Assembly: GCF_009914755.1 (NCBI RefSeq)
Contig: NC_060940.1
Source: the human T2T-CHM13v2.0 reference genome, Homo sapiens
Strand: one strand, 5' to 3'
DNA: 64,000 bases
Positions within the stretch are counted from its first letter, which is position 1, and each line of letters opens with the position of its first letter. The position numbers and the translations under genes are program-made. This document shows, in pieces, positions 43,101-58,700 of this stretch. The notes below the pieces were generated by a model that ran no database searches, had not been told where the DNA came from, and worked only from the letters and a program-made list of their open reading frames with translations.

Positions 43101-46100
43101 ATGATTCCGTTCTATTCCATTCAATGATTGCATTCAATTCCATTCAGTGATTATCCCCTTAGAGTAAACTCAACGATTCCATTCAATACCATTCGATGAT
43201 GATTCCTTTTGAGTCCATTCAATGATTTCATTCAAGTCCATTTGATGATTCCTTTCAATTCCATTCTATGATGATTCCATTCGAGTCCATTCGATGATTC
43301 CATTCGATTGCATTCGATGATTCCATTATATTCCAGTCAACGATGATTCCATTCGAGTCCATTCGATGATTCCATTAGAGTACATTTAATGATTGCTTTG
43401 TTTTCAATTCGAAGATGATTACATTGGATTCCATTCTATGATACCATTCGATTCCATTCAATGATGATTCCACTCAAATCCATTGGATGATTCCATTCGT
43501 GTCCATTCGGTGATTTCATTAGATTCCATTCGAGGATGATTCCATTCGATTCCATTCGATGATTCCATTCAATTCCATTCGAGGATGATTCCATTCCAGT
43601 CCATATGATCATTCCATTTGATTTCATTCGATGATGATTCCATTCGATTCCATTCGATGATTCCATTCTATTCCATTCGATGATGATTCCATTCGAGTCC
43701 ATTCGATGATTCCATTCGAGTCCATTTAATGATTCCATTGGGTTCAATTCAATGATGATTACATTGGATTCCGTTCTATGATTCCATTCAATTCCGTTCA
43801 TTGACAATTTGATTCCATTCGATGATGATTCCATTTGAGTTCATTCGATGATTCTATTCGATTCTCTTCGATGGTGATTCAATTCTATTATATTGGATGA
43901 TTCCATTCGATTCCATTTGATGTTGATTCAATTCGATTCTATTCGATGATGATTCCATTGGATTTCACTTGATGATTCTATTCGATTCCATTCAATGATG
44001 ATTCACTTCTCGTCCATTGGATGATTCCATTTCATTCCATTCGATGATGATTCCATTCGATTCCATTCGATGATTCCATTTGATTCCATGCGTCGGTGAG
44101 CAATTCGATTCAATTCCATGATGATTCTATTTGATTCAATTAGATGATGTTTCCATTCGAATCCATTCCATGATTATTCCATTGGAATCCATTCGGCGAT
44201 GATTCCATATGAGTCAATTCAATGATGATTCCATATGGGTCCGTTCGATGATAATTCCATTTGATTTCATTCGGTGCTTCTATTCAATTCCAGTCGATGA
44301 TGATTCCGTTGGAGTCCATACGATGATTCCATTTGATTTCATTTGATGATGATTCCATTCGATGATGATTACATTGGATTCCATTCTATGATTCCATTCA
44401 ATTCCATTCGTTGATGATTCGATTCCATTCAATGATGATTCCATTTGAGTTCATTCGATGATTCTATTCGATTCCGTTCGATGGTGATTCAATTCTCTTA
44501 TATTGGATGAATCCACTCGATTCCATTTGATGATTATTCCATTGGAGTCCACTTAGTGAATCCTTCAGATTCTACTCGAAGATGATTCCATTCAAGTCCA
44601 TTCGATGATACCATTCAATTCCATTCGTTGATGCTTCCATTCAAGTGCATTCGATGATATCATTCGATTCCATTTGATGATAATTCCATTTGATTCCGTG
44701 CGATGATTCTATTCGATTCCATTCAATGATAATTCCATTCAGTTCAGTGATTCCTCTGGACTCCATTTGATGATGATTCCATTCAATGATTCCATTCGAT
44801 TCTATTCGAAAGTGATTCCATTTGAATCCATTTGATGATGATTCCATTAGATTCCATTTGATGATTCCATTCGATTCCATGCGACGATGATTCCATTCGA
44901 TTCCATGTGATGATTCCATTCTATTCTATTCGATGATGATTCCATTCGATTCCATTCGATGATGATTGGATTCGATTCCATTTGATGATATCATTTGATT
45001 CCATTCGTTAATGATTTCGATCAATTCCATTCGATGATTCCATTCGATTCCATTCGATAATGATTACATCCGTGTCCATTCAGTGATTCCATTTGAGCCT
45101 GTTCGATAATTCCATTTGAGTCCAACCAATGATTCCATTCATTTCCATTCAATGATTCCATTCGAGTCCATTTGATCATTCCGGTAGGGTCCATTCGATG
45201 TTGATTCCATTGGAGTGCATTCGATGATTCCATTCGAGTCCATTTTACGATTTGATTCGAGTCCTTTCGATGATTCCATTCGATTCCACTCGATGATGAT
45301 TTCATTCGAGTCCATTCGACACTTCCAATCGATTCCATTTGATGTTTCCATTCGATTCCAATTGATGATTCCATTCAATTCCATTCGATGATGATTCCGT
45401 AGGATTCCATTCTGTGATGATTCCATGTGATTGCATTCAATGATGATTCCTTTAGATTGCATTCGATTGTGATTCATTTCGTCTTCATTCTATGGTTCCA
45501 CAGGTTTCCATTCGTGTCCATTCCATTATTCCATTCTATTCCATTTGATGATGATTCCATTCGATTCCATTCATTGGTGATTCCACTCAATTCCATTCAA
45601 TGATTCCATTCCATTTCTTTCAACAATGATTCCATTAGTTTCTAATCGATGATCCACTTGATTCCATTTGACGACGATTCCATTCTTGTCCATTCGATGG
45701 TTCCATTTGATTCCATATGATGATGATTCCATTCGATTCCATACGATGATGATTCCATTCGAGTCCATTCAATGGTGATTCCATTCAATTCCATTCGATG
45801 ATTCCTTTCGATTCCATTCGATGATGATGGCATTCGATTCCTTTCAATCATTCCCTTTGATTCCATTCAAAGGTGATTTCATTCAAGTCCATTCGATAAT
45901 TGCATTCGATTCCATTCTATGATGATTCCATTCGAGTCCATTTGATGATTCCATTCAATTCAAGTCAATGATGATTCCATTCGATTCCATTCGATGATTC
46001 CATTGGATTCCATTCGATGATGATTCCATTCAAATCCATTCGATAATTCAATTCAAGTCCATTCGATGATGATTAAAATCGAATCCATTCAAAGATTCCA

Positions 46101-49100
46101 TTCAGTTCCATTCGATGATTCCCTTAGATTCCATTCGATGATTCCACTTGATTTCATTTACGATGATTCCATTCGATTCCATGTGATGATTCCATTCAAT
46201 TCTATTCAATGCTGTTTCCATTTGATTCCATTCGACCATGATTGCCTTTGATTCCATTCAATGACTCCATTCGGTTCCTTTTGATGATGATTCCGTTCGA
46301 TTCCATTTCATTATTCCATTTGATTCCATTGGATGAGTCCATTCGATTACATTCGATGATTATTCCATTCGAGTGCATTAGATGATTCCATTCGAGTCCA
46401 TTCGATGATTCCATTCGATTGCATTCGATGTTGATTCTGTTCAAATCCATTCGATGATTCCACTCGATTCCATTCGATGACTCCAGTTGATCCCATTCGA
46501 TGATTTCCTTTGATTCCCTTTGATGATCATTCCATTTGATTCAATTCGGTGATTTCATTTGATTCCATTCAGTGATGTTTCCATTCGACTCCATTCGATG
46601 ATGATTCCATTCGACTCCATTCGATTATGATTTCATTCAATTCCATTCGATAATGATTCCCTTCGAGTCCATTCGATGATTCCATTCGATTCCATTCAAC
46701 GATGATTTGATTCGTGTCCATTCGATGATTCCATTTGATTCCACTTGATGATGATTCCATTCGAGTCCATTTGATGATTCCATTCAATTCCATTCTCCGA
46801 TGATTTCTTTTGAGCCCACTCAATGCTTCCACTCGATTCCATATGATGATGACTCCATTCGATGAAATTCGATGATGATTCCATTCGCTTGCATTCGATG
46901 ATGATTCCACTTGAGTCCATTAGAAGATTCTATTCAATTACATTCCATGACGATTCCGTTCGAGTCCATTTGATGATTCCATTAGACTCCATTCGACGAT
47001 GATTCCATTCGATGTTATTCGATGATTCCATTCGATCTCATTCGATGATGATTCCATTCAACTCCATTCGATGTTTCCATTCGAGTTCATTCTATTATTC
47101 CATTAGATTCCATTCGATGATGATTCCATTCGATTCCATTTGATGATTGCATTCTATTTCATTTGATGATGATTCCATTCGAGTCCACTCGATGATTCCA
47201 TTCGAGTCCATTTAATGAATCCATTGGTTTCAATTCTATGATGATTACATTGGATTCCATTCGTTGATGATTTCATTCGGTTCCATTCAATGATGATTCC
47301 ATTCAATTCCTTTCAATGTTTCCATTCAATTCCATACGATGATGATTCCATTTGATTTGATTCGACAGTGAGCCATTCGATTCAATTCCATGATGATTCT
47401 ATTTGATTCCATTGGTTGACATTTCCATTCGATTCCATTCGATGATGATTCCCTTTGATTCCATTCAAAGATGATTCCATTCTAGCCCATTCAATCATTC
47501 CATTCGATTCTATTCAATGATGATTCCATTCATGTCGATTAGGTGATTCCATTTGACTTCATTTGATGATGATTCCTTTCAAGTTCATTAGATGATTCCA
47601 TTCGATTCCATTTGATGATGATCCCATTCGAGTCCATTCAGTGATTCCACTCGTTTCCATTCCATGATGATTCCATTCCATTCCATTCAATGATTCCATT
47701 CGATTCCGTTTGATGATGATTTCATTCGAGTCCATTTGATGATTCCATTTGATTCCATTCGATGATGATTCCATTCGAGTCCATTCGATGATTCTATTCG
47801 AATCCATTTGATGATTTTTTTGATTATATTTGGTGATGATTCCATTGGAGTCCATTCAATGATTCCATTCGATTCCAATCGATGGTGATTCCATTAGAGT
47901 CCATTTAATGATTCCATTTGATTCCAGTCTCTGATGATTACATTCGAGTCCATACGATGATTCCACTCAATTCCATATCATGATGATTCCATTCGATTCC
48001 ATTCGATGATTCCATTCTATTCTATTCAATGGTGATTCCATTCGAGTACATTAGATGATTCCATTCGATTCCATTCAATGATGATTCTATTTGTGTCCCT
48101 TAGATGATTCCACATGATTCCATTAGATGATGATACTATTTGAGCCCATCCAATGATTCCCTTCGATTCCATTCGATGAGGATTCCATTCGATTCAATTC
48201 ATTGGTGATTCTATTCAATTCAATTCTTTGATTCCATTCCATTCCATTCGACAATGATTCCATTCGATTTCTTTCGATGATTCCACTCGATTCCACTTGA
48301 CATTGATTCCCTTCGATTCCATTCAATGATTCCATTTGATTCCAGTGGATGATGATTGCCATCGATTCCATTTGATCACTCCATTCTATTCCACTTGATG
48401 ATGATTACATTCGATTCCATTTGACGATTCCATCTGATTCTATTCGAGGATTCCATTTGATTCCATTCGATGATGATTCCATTCGAGTCCATTCGATGAT
48501 ATCATTCGAGTACATCCAATGATTCCATTCGAGTCCATTTGATGATTCCATTTGATTCCATTTGATAATGATTCTACTAGAGTCCATTCAATGACTCCAT
48601 TGGAGTCCATTCAACAATTCCATTCGACTCCATTTGATGATTCCATTGGATTCCATTTGATGATTCCATTCGAGTCCATTTAATCATTACAATCGAGTCC
48701 ATTTGGTGATTCCACCGGCTTTCTTTTGATAATGATATCATTCAATTACATTTAATGATGATCCCATTCAATTTCATTTGATGATGATTCCATTAGAGTC
48801 CATTCGATGATTTCATTCGAGTCCCTTCATTGATTCCATCCGATTTCATTGGATGATGACTCCATTCGAGTCCATTCGATGATTCCACTCGATTCCATTA
48901 GATGATTCCATTGGAGTCCATTTGATTGTTCCATTCGATTCCATTCGATTCCTTTCGAAGATTATTCCATTTGAGTCCATTCGATGATGATTCCATTCCA
49001 TTCCATTCGATGATTCCGTTTGATTCCATTCGATGATTCCCTTCCATTCCTTTCTTTGATGATTCCATTCCATTCCATTCAATGATTCCATTCGAATCTA

Positions 49101-52100
49101 TTCCATGATGATTCCTTTCGATTCCATTCGCTGATGTTTCCGTTCAATTCCATTCGATGATGATTCCATTCGATTCCATTCATTGAGGATTCCATTTGAT
49201 TCCATTCAATGATGATTCCGTTCTATTCCATTCAATGATTGCATTCAATTCCATTCAGTGATTATCCCCTTAGAGTAAACTCAACGATTCCATTCAATAC
49301 CATTCGATGATGATTCCTTTTGAGTCCATTCAATGATTTCATTCAAGTCCATTTGATGATTCCTTTCAATTCCATTCTATGATGATTCCATTCGAGTCCA
49401 TTCGATGATTCCATTCGATTGCATTCGATTATTCCATTATATTCCAGTCAACGATGATTCCATTCGAGTCCATTCGATGATTCCATTAGAGTACATTTAA
49501 TGATTGCTTTGTTTTCAATTCGAAGATGATTACATTGGATTCCATTCTATGATACCATTCGATTCCATTCAATGATGATTCCACTCAAATCCATTGGATG
49601 ATTCCATTCGTGTCCATTCGGTGATTTCATTAGATTCCATTCGAGGATGATTCCATTCGATTCCATTCGATGATTCCATTCAATTCCATTCGAGGATGAT
49701 TCCATTCCAGTCCATATGATCATTCCATTTGATTTCATTCGATGATGATTCCATTCGATTCCATTCGATGATTCCATTCTATTCCATTCGATGATGATTC
49801 CATTCGAGTCCATTCGATGATTCCATTCGAGTCCATTTAATGATTCCATTGGGTTCAATTCAATGATGATTACATTGGATTCCGTTCTATGATTCCATTC
49901 AATTCCGTTCATTGACAATTTGATTCCATTCGATGATGATTCCATTTGAGTTCATTCGATGATTCTATTCGATTCTCTTCGATGGTGATTCAATTCTATT
50001 ATATTGGATGATTCCATTCGATTCCATTTGATGTTGATTCAATTCGATTCTATTCGATGATGATTCCATTGGATTTCACTTGATGATTCTATTCGATTCC
50101 ATTCAATGATGATTCACTTCTCGTCCATTGGATGATTCCATTTCATTCCATTCGATGATGATTCCATTCGATTCCATTCGATGATTCCATTTGATTCCAT
50201 GCGTCGGTGAGCAATTCGATTCAATTCCATGATGATTCTATTTGATTCAATTAGATGATGTTTCCATTCGAATCCATTCCATGATTATTCCATTGGAATC
50301 CATTCGGCGATGATTCCATATGAGTCAATTCAATGATGATTCCATATGGGTCCGTTCGATGATAATTCCATTTGATTTCATTCGGTGCTTCTATTCAATT
50401 CCAGTCGATGATGATTCCGTTGGAGTCCATACGATGATTCCATTTGATTTCATTTGATGATGATTCCATTCGATGATGATTACATTGGATTCCATTCTAT
50501 GATTCCATTCAATTCCATTCGTTGATGATTCGATTCCATTCAATGATGATTCCATTTGAGTTCATTCGATGATTCTATTCGATTCCGTTCGATGGTGATT
50601 CAATTCTCTTATATTGGATGAATCCACTCGATTCCATTTGATGATTATTCCATTGGAGTCCACTTAGTGAATCCTTCAGATTCTACTCGAAGATGATTCC
50701 ATTCAAGTCCATTCGATGATACCATTCAATTCCATTCGTTGATGCTTCCATTCAAGTGCATTCGATGATATCATTCGATTCCATTTGATGATAATTCCAT
50801 TTGATTCCATGCGATGATTCTATTCGATTCCATTCAATGATAATTCCATTCAGTTCAGTGATTCCTCTGGACTCCATTTGATGATGATTCCATTCAATGA
50901 TTCCATTCGATTCTATTCGAAAGTGATTCCATTTGAATCCATTTGATGATGATTCCATTAGATTCCATTTGATGATTCCATTCGATTCCATGCGACGATG
51001 ATTCCATTCGATTCCATGTGATGATTCCATTCTATTCTATTCGATGATGATTCCATTCGATTCCATTCGATGATGATTGGATTCGATTCCATTTGATGAT
51101 ATCATTTGATTCCATTCGTTAATGATTTCGATCAATTCCATTCGATGATTCCATTCGATTCCATTCGATAATGATTACATCCGTGTCCATTCAGTGATTC
51201 CATTTGAGCCTGTTCGATAACTCCATTTGAGTCCAACCAATGATTCCATTCATTTCCATTCAATGATTCCATTCGAGTCCATTTGATCATTCCGGTAGGG
51301 TCCATTCGATGTTGATTCCATTGGAGTGCATTCGATGATTCCATTCGAGTCCATTTTACGATTTGATTCGAGTCCTTTCGATGATTCCATTCGATTCCAC
51401 TCGATGATGATTTCATTCGAGTCCATTCGACACTTCCAATCGATTCCATTTGATGTTTCCATTCGAGTCCAATTGATGATTCCATTCAATTCCATTCGAT
51501 GATGATTCCGTAGGATTCCATTCTGTGATGATTCCATGTGATTGCATTCAATGATGATTCCTTTAGATTGCATTCGATTGTGATTCATTTCGTCTTCACT
51601 CTATGGTTCCACAGGTTTCCATTCGTGTCCATTCCATTATTCCATTCTATTCCATTTGATGATGATTCCATTCGATTCCATTCATTGGTGATTCCACTCA
51701 ATTCCATTCAATGATTCCATTCCATTTCTTTCAACAATGATTCCATTAGTTTCTAATCGATGATCCACTTGATTCCATTTGACGACGATTCCATTCTTGT
51801 CCATTCGATGATTCCATTTGATTCCATATGATGATGATTCCATTCGATTCCATACGATGATGATTCCATTCGAGTCCATTCAATGGTGATTCCATTCAAT
51901 TCCATTCGATGATTCCTTTCGATTCCATTCGATGATGATGGCATTCGATTCCTTTCAATCATTCCCTTTGATTCCATTCAAAGGTGATTTCATTCAAGTC
52001 CATTCGATAATTGCATTCGATTCCATTCTATGATGATTCCATTCGAGTCCATTTGATGATTCCATTCAATTCAAGTCAATGATGATTCCATTCGATTCCA

Positions 52101-52772
52101 TTCGATGATTCCATTGGATTCCATTCGATGATGATTCCATTCAAATCCATTCGATAATTCAATTCAAGTCCATTCGATGATGATTAAAATCGAATCCATT
52201 CAAAGATTCCATTCAGTTCCATTCGATGATTCCCTTAGATTCCATTCGATGATTCCACTTGATTTCATTTACGATGATTCCATTCGATTCCATGTGATGA
52301 TTCCATTCAATTCTATTCAATGCTGTTTCCATTTGATTCCATTCGACCATGATTGCCTTTGATTCCATTCAATGACTCCATTCGGTTCCTTTTGATGATG
52401 ATTCCGTTCGATTCCATTTCATTATTCCATTTGATTCCATTGGATGAGTCCATTCGATTACATTCGATGATTATTCCATTCGAGTGCATTAGATGATTCC
52501 ATTCGAGTCCATTCGATGATTCCATTCGATTCCATTCGATGTTGATTCTGTTCAAATCCATTCGATGATTCCACTCGATTCCATTCGATGACTCCAGTTG
52601 ATCCCATTCGATGATTTCCTTTGATTCCCTTTGATGATCATTCCATTTGATTCAATTCGGTGATTTCATTTGATTCCATTCAGTGATGTTTCCATTCGAC
52701 TCCATTCGATGATGATTCCATTCGACTCCATTCGATTATGATTTCATTCAATTCCATTCGATAATGATTCCC
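22188..52772 (+). repeat. Five near-identical type-B HOR units (6,112; 6,112; 6,138; 6,112; 6,111 bp)
   Basis: The same ORF marker starts at 22222, 28334, 34446, 40584, 46696 and 52807. Type-B markers are GACAGTGAG, the 49-bp block containing 'ccaatcgatggtgattccattagagtccatttaatg', and the 16-bp deletion giving 'acaggtttccattcgtgtcc'. Confidence 0.92.
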
Positions 52773-55700
52773 TTTGAGTCCATTCGATGATTCCATTCGA
52801 TTCCATTCAACGATGATTTGATTCGTGTCCATTCGATGATTCCATTTGATTCCACTTGATGATGATTCCATTCGAGTCCATTTGATGATTCCATTCAATT
52901 CCATTCTCCGATGATTTCTTTTGAGCCCACTCAATGCTTCCACTCGATTCCATATGATGATGACTCCATTCGATGAAATTCGATGATGATTCCATTCGCT
53001 TGCATTCGATGATGATTCCACTTGAGTCCATTAGAAGATTCTATTCAATTACATTCCATGACGATTCCGTTCGAGTCCATTTGATGATTCCATTAGACTC
53101 CATTCGACGATGATTCCATTCGATGTTATTCGATGATTCCATTCGATCTCATTCGATGATGATTCCATTCAACTCCATTCGATGTTTCCATTCGAGTTCA
53201 TTCTATTATTCCATTAGATTCCATTCGATGATGATTCCATTCGATTCCATTTGATGATTGCATTCTATTTCATTTGATGATGATTCCATTCGAGTCCACT
53301 CGATGATTCCATTCGAGTCCATTTAATGAATCCATTGGTTTCAATTCTATGATGATTACATTGGATTCCATTCGTTGATGATTTCATTCGGTTCCATTCA
53401 ATGATGATTCCATTCAATTCCTTTCAATGTTTCCATTCAATTCCATACGATGATGATTCCATTTGATTTGATTCGACAGGGAGCCATTCGATTCAATTCC
53501 ATGATGATTCTATTTGATTCCATTGGTTGACATTTCCATTCGATTCCATTCGATGATGATTCCCTTTGATTCCATTCAAAGATGATTCCATTCTAGCCCA
53601 TTCAATCATTCCATTCGATTCTATTCAATGATGATTCCATTCATGTCGATTTGGTGATTCCATTTGACTTCATTTGATGATGATTCCTTTCAAGTTCATT
53701 AGATGATTCCATTCGATTCCATTTGATGATGATCCCATTCGAGTCCATTCAGTGATTCCACTCGTTTCCATTCCATGATGATTCCATTCCATTCCATTCA
53801 ATGATTCCATTCGATTCCGTTTGATGATGATTTCATTCGAGTCCATTTGATGATTCCATTTGATTCCATTCGATGATGATTCCATTCGAGTCCATTCGAT
53901 GATTCTATTCGAATCCATTTGATGATTTCTTTTGATTATAGTTGGTGATGATTCCATTGGAGTCCATTCAATGATTCCATTTGATTCCAGTCTCTGATGA
54001 TTACATTCGAGTCCATACGATGATTCCACTCAATTCCATATGATGATGATTCCATTCGATTCCATTCGGTGATTCCATTCTATTCTATTCAATGGTGATT
54101 CCATTCGAGTACATTAGATGATTCCATTCGATTCCATTCAATGATGATTCTATTTGTGTCCCTTAGATGATTCCACATGATTCCATTAGATGATGATACT
54201 ATTTGAGCCCATCCAATGATACCCTTCGATATCATTCGATGAGGATTCCATTCGATTCAATTCATTGGTGATTCTATTCAATTCAATTCTTTGATTCCAT
54301 TCCATTCCATTCGACAATGATTCCATTCGATTTCTTTCGATGATTCCACTCGATTCCACTTGACATTGATTCCCTTCGATTCCATTCAATGATTCCATTT
54401 GATTCCAGTGGATGATGATTGCCATCGATTCCATTCGATCACTCCATTCTATTCCATTTGATGATGATTACATTCGATTCCATTTGACGATTCCATCTGA
54501 TTCTATTCGAGGATTCCATTTGATTCCATTCGATGATGATTCCATTCGAGTCCATTCGATGATTTCATTCGAGTACATCCAATGATTCCATTCGAGTCCA
54601 TTTGATGATTCCATTTGATTCCATTTGATAATGATTCTACTAGAGTCCATTCAATGACTCCATTCGAGTCCATTCAACAATTCCATTCGACTCCATTTGA
54701 TGATTCCATTGGATTCCATTTGATGATTCCATTCGAGTCCATTTAATCATTACAGTCGAGTCCATTTGGTGATTCCACCGGATTTCTTTTGATAATGATA
54801 CCATTCAATTACATTTGATGATGATCCCATTCAATTTCATTTGATGATGATTCCATTAGAGTCCATTCGATGATTTCATTCGAGTCCCTTCATTGATTCC
54901 ATCCGATTTCATTGGATGATGACTCCATTCGAGTCCATTCGATGATTCCACTCGATTCCATTAGATGATTCCATTGGAGTCCATTTGATTGTTCCATTCG
55001 ATTCCATTCGATTCCTTTCGAAGATTATTCCATTTGAGTCCATTCGATGATGATTCCATTCCATTCCATTCGATGATTCCGTTTGATTCCATTCGATGAT
55101 TCCCTTCGATTCCTTTCTTTGATGATTCCATTCCATTCCATTCAATGATTCCATTCGAATCTATTCCATGATGATTCCTTTCGATTCCATTCGCTGATGT
55201 TTCCGTTCAATTCCATTCGATGATGATTCCATTCGATTCCATTCATTGAGGATTCCATTTGATTCCATTCAATGATGATTCCGTTCTATTCCATTCAATG
55301 ATTGCATTCAATTCCATTCAATGATTATCCCCTTAGAGTAAACTCAACGATTCCATTCAATACCATTCGATGATGATTCCTTTTGAGTCCATTCAATGAT
55401 TTCATTCAAGTCCATTTGATGATTCCTTTCAATTCCATTCTATGATGATTCCATTCGAGTCCATTCGATGATTCCATTCGATTGCATTCGATTATTCCAT
55501 TATATTCCAGTCAACGATGATTCCATTCGAGTCCATTCGATGATTCCATTAGAGTACATTTAATGATTGCTTTGTTTTCAATTCGAAGATGATTACATTG
55601 GATTCCATTCTATGATACCATTCGATTCCATTCAATGATGATTCCACTCAAATCCATTGGATGATTCCATTCGTGTCCATTCGGTGATTTCATTAGATTC

Positions 55701-58700
55701 CATTCGAGGATGATTCCATTCGATTCCATTCGATGATTCCATTCAATTCCATTCGAGGATGATTCCATTCCAGTCCATATGATCATTCCATTTGATTTCA
55801 TTCGATGATGATTCCATTCGATTCCATTCGATGATTCCATTCTATTCCATTCGATGATGATTCCATTCGAGTCCATTCGATGATTCCATTCGAGTCCATT
55901 TAATGATTCCATTGGGTTCAATTCAATGATGATTACATTGGATTCCGTTCTATGATTCCATTCAATTCCGTTCATTGACAATTTGATTCCATTCGATGAT
56001 GATTCCATTTGAGTTCATTCGATGATTCTATTCGATTCTCTTCGATGGTGATTCAATTCTATTATATTGGATGATTCCATTCGATTCCATTTGATGTTGA
56101 TTCAATTCGATTCTATTCGATGATGATTCCATTGGATTTCACTTGATGATTCTATTCGATTCCATTCAATGATGATTCACTTCTCGTCCATTGGATGATT
56201 CCATTTCATTCCATTCGATGATGATTCCATTCGATTCCATTCGATGATTCCATTTGATTCCATGCGATGGTGAGCAATTCGATTCAATTCCATGATGATT
56301 CTATTTGATTCAATTAGATGATGTTTCCATTCGAATCCATTCCATGATTATTCCATTGGAATCCATTTGGCGATGATTCCATATGAGTCAATTCAATGAT
56401 GATTCCATATGGGTCCGTTCGATGATAATTCCATTTGATTTCATTCGATGCTTCTATTCTATTCCAGTCGATGATGATTCCGTTGGAGTCCATACGATGA
56501 TTCCATTTGATTTCATTTGATGATGATTCCATTCGATGATGATTACATTGGATTCCATTCTATGATTCCATTCAATTCCATTCGTTGATGATTCGATTCC
56601 ATTCAATGATGATTCCATTTGAGTTCATTCGATGATTCTATTCGATTCCGTTCGATGGTGATTCAATTCTCTTATATTGGATGATTCCACTCGATTCCAT
56701 TTGATGATTATTCCATTGGAGTCCACTTAGTGAATCCTTTAGATTCTACTCGAAGATGATTCCATTCGAGTCCATTCAATGATACCATTCAATTTCATTC
56801 ATTGATGCTTCCATTCAAGTGCATTCGATGATATCATTCGATTCCATTTGATGATAATTCCATTTGATTCCATGCGATGATTCTATTCGATTCCATTCAA
56901 TGATAATTCCATTCAATTCAGTGATTCCTCTGGACTCCATTTGATGATGATTCCATTCAATGATTCCATTCGATTCTATTCCAAAATGATTCCATTTGAA
57001 TCCATTTGATGATGATTCCATTAGATTCCATTTGATGATTCCATTCAATTGCATTTGACGATGATTCCATTCGATTCCATTTGATGTTTCCATTCTATTC
57101 TATTCTATGATGATTCCATTCGATTCCATTTGATGATGATTGGATTCGATTCCATTTGATGATTTCATTTGATTCCATTCGTTAATGATTTCGATCAACT
57201 CCATTCGATGATTCCATTTGATTCCATTCGATAATGATTACATCCGAGTCCATTCGATGATTCCATTTGAGCCCGTTCGATAATTCCATTTGAGTCCAAT
57301 CAATGATTCCATACATTTCGATTCAATGATTCCATTCGAGTCCATTTGATCATTCTGGTAGGGTCCGTTCGATGTTGATTCCATTGGAGTGCATTCGATG
57401 ATTCCATTCGAGTCCATTTTATGATTTGATTCGAGTCCTTTCGATGATTCCATTCGATTCCACTCGATGATGATTTCATTCGAGTCCATTCGACACTTCC
57501 AATCGATTCCATTTGATGTTTCCATTCGAGTCCAATTGATGATTCCATTCAATTGCATTCGATGATGATTCCGTACGACTCCATTCTGTGATGATTCCAT
57601 GTGATTGCATTCAATGATGATTCCTTTCGACTGCATTCGATTATGATTCATTTCGTGTTCATTCTATGGTTCCACAGGTTTCCATTCGATGACGTTTCCG
57701 TTCGTGTCCATTCCATTATTCCATTCTATTTCATTTGATGATGATTCCATTCGATTCCATTCATTGGTGATTCCACTCAATTCCATTCAATGATTCCATT
57801 CCATTTCTTTCAACAATGATTCCATTAGTTTCTATTCGATGATCCACTTGATTCCATTTGGCGATGATTCCATTCGTGTCCATTCGATGATTCCATTTGA
57901 TTCCATATGATGATGATTCCATTCGATTCCATACCATGATGATTCCATTCGAGTCCATTCAATGGTGATTCCATTCAATTCCATTCGATGATTCCTTCCG
58001 ATTCCATTCGATGATGATGGCATTCGATTCCTTTCAATCATTCCCTTTGATTCCATTCAAAGGTGATTTCATTCAAGTCCATTCGATAATTGCATTCGAT
58101 TCCATTCTATGATGATTCCATTCGAGTCCATTTGATGATTCCATTCAATTCAAGTCAATGATGATTCCATTCGATTCCACTCGATGATTCCATTGGATTC
58201 CATTCGATGATGATTCCATTCAAATCCATTCGATAATTCAATTCAAGTCCATTCGATGATGATTCCAATCGAATCCATTCAAAGATTCCATTCAATTCCA
58301 TTCGATGATGATTCCCTTAGATTCCATTCGATGATTCCACTTGATTCCATTTACGATGATTCCATTCGATTCCATGTGATGAATCCATTCAGTTCTATTC
58401 AATGATGTTTCCATTTGATTCCATTGGACCATGATTGCCTTTGATTCCATTCAATGATTCCATTCGGTTCCATTTGATGATGATTCCGTTCGATTCCATT
58501 TCATTATTCCATTTGATTCCATTGGATGAGTCCATTCGATTACATTCGATGATTATTCCATTCGAGTGCATTAGATGATTGCATTCGAGTCCATTCGATG
58601 ATTCCATTCGATTCCATTCGATGTTGATTCTGTTCAAATCCATTCGATGATTCCACTCGATTCCATTCGATGACTCCATTTGATCCCATTCGATGATTTC

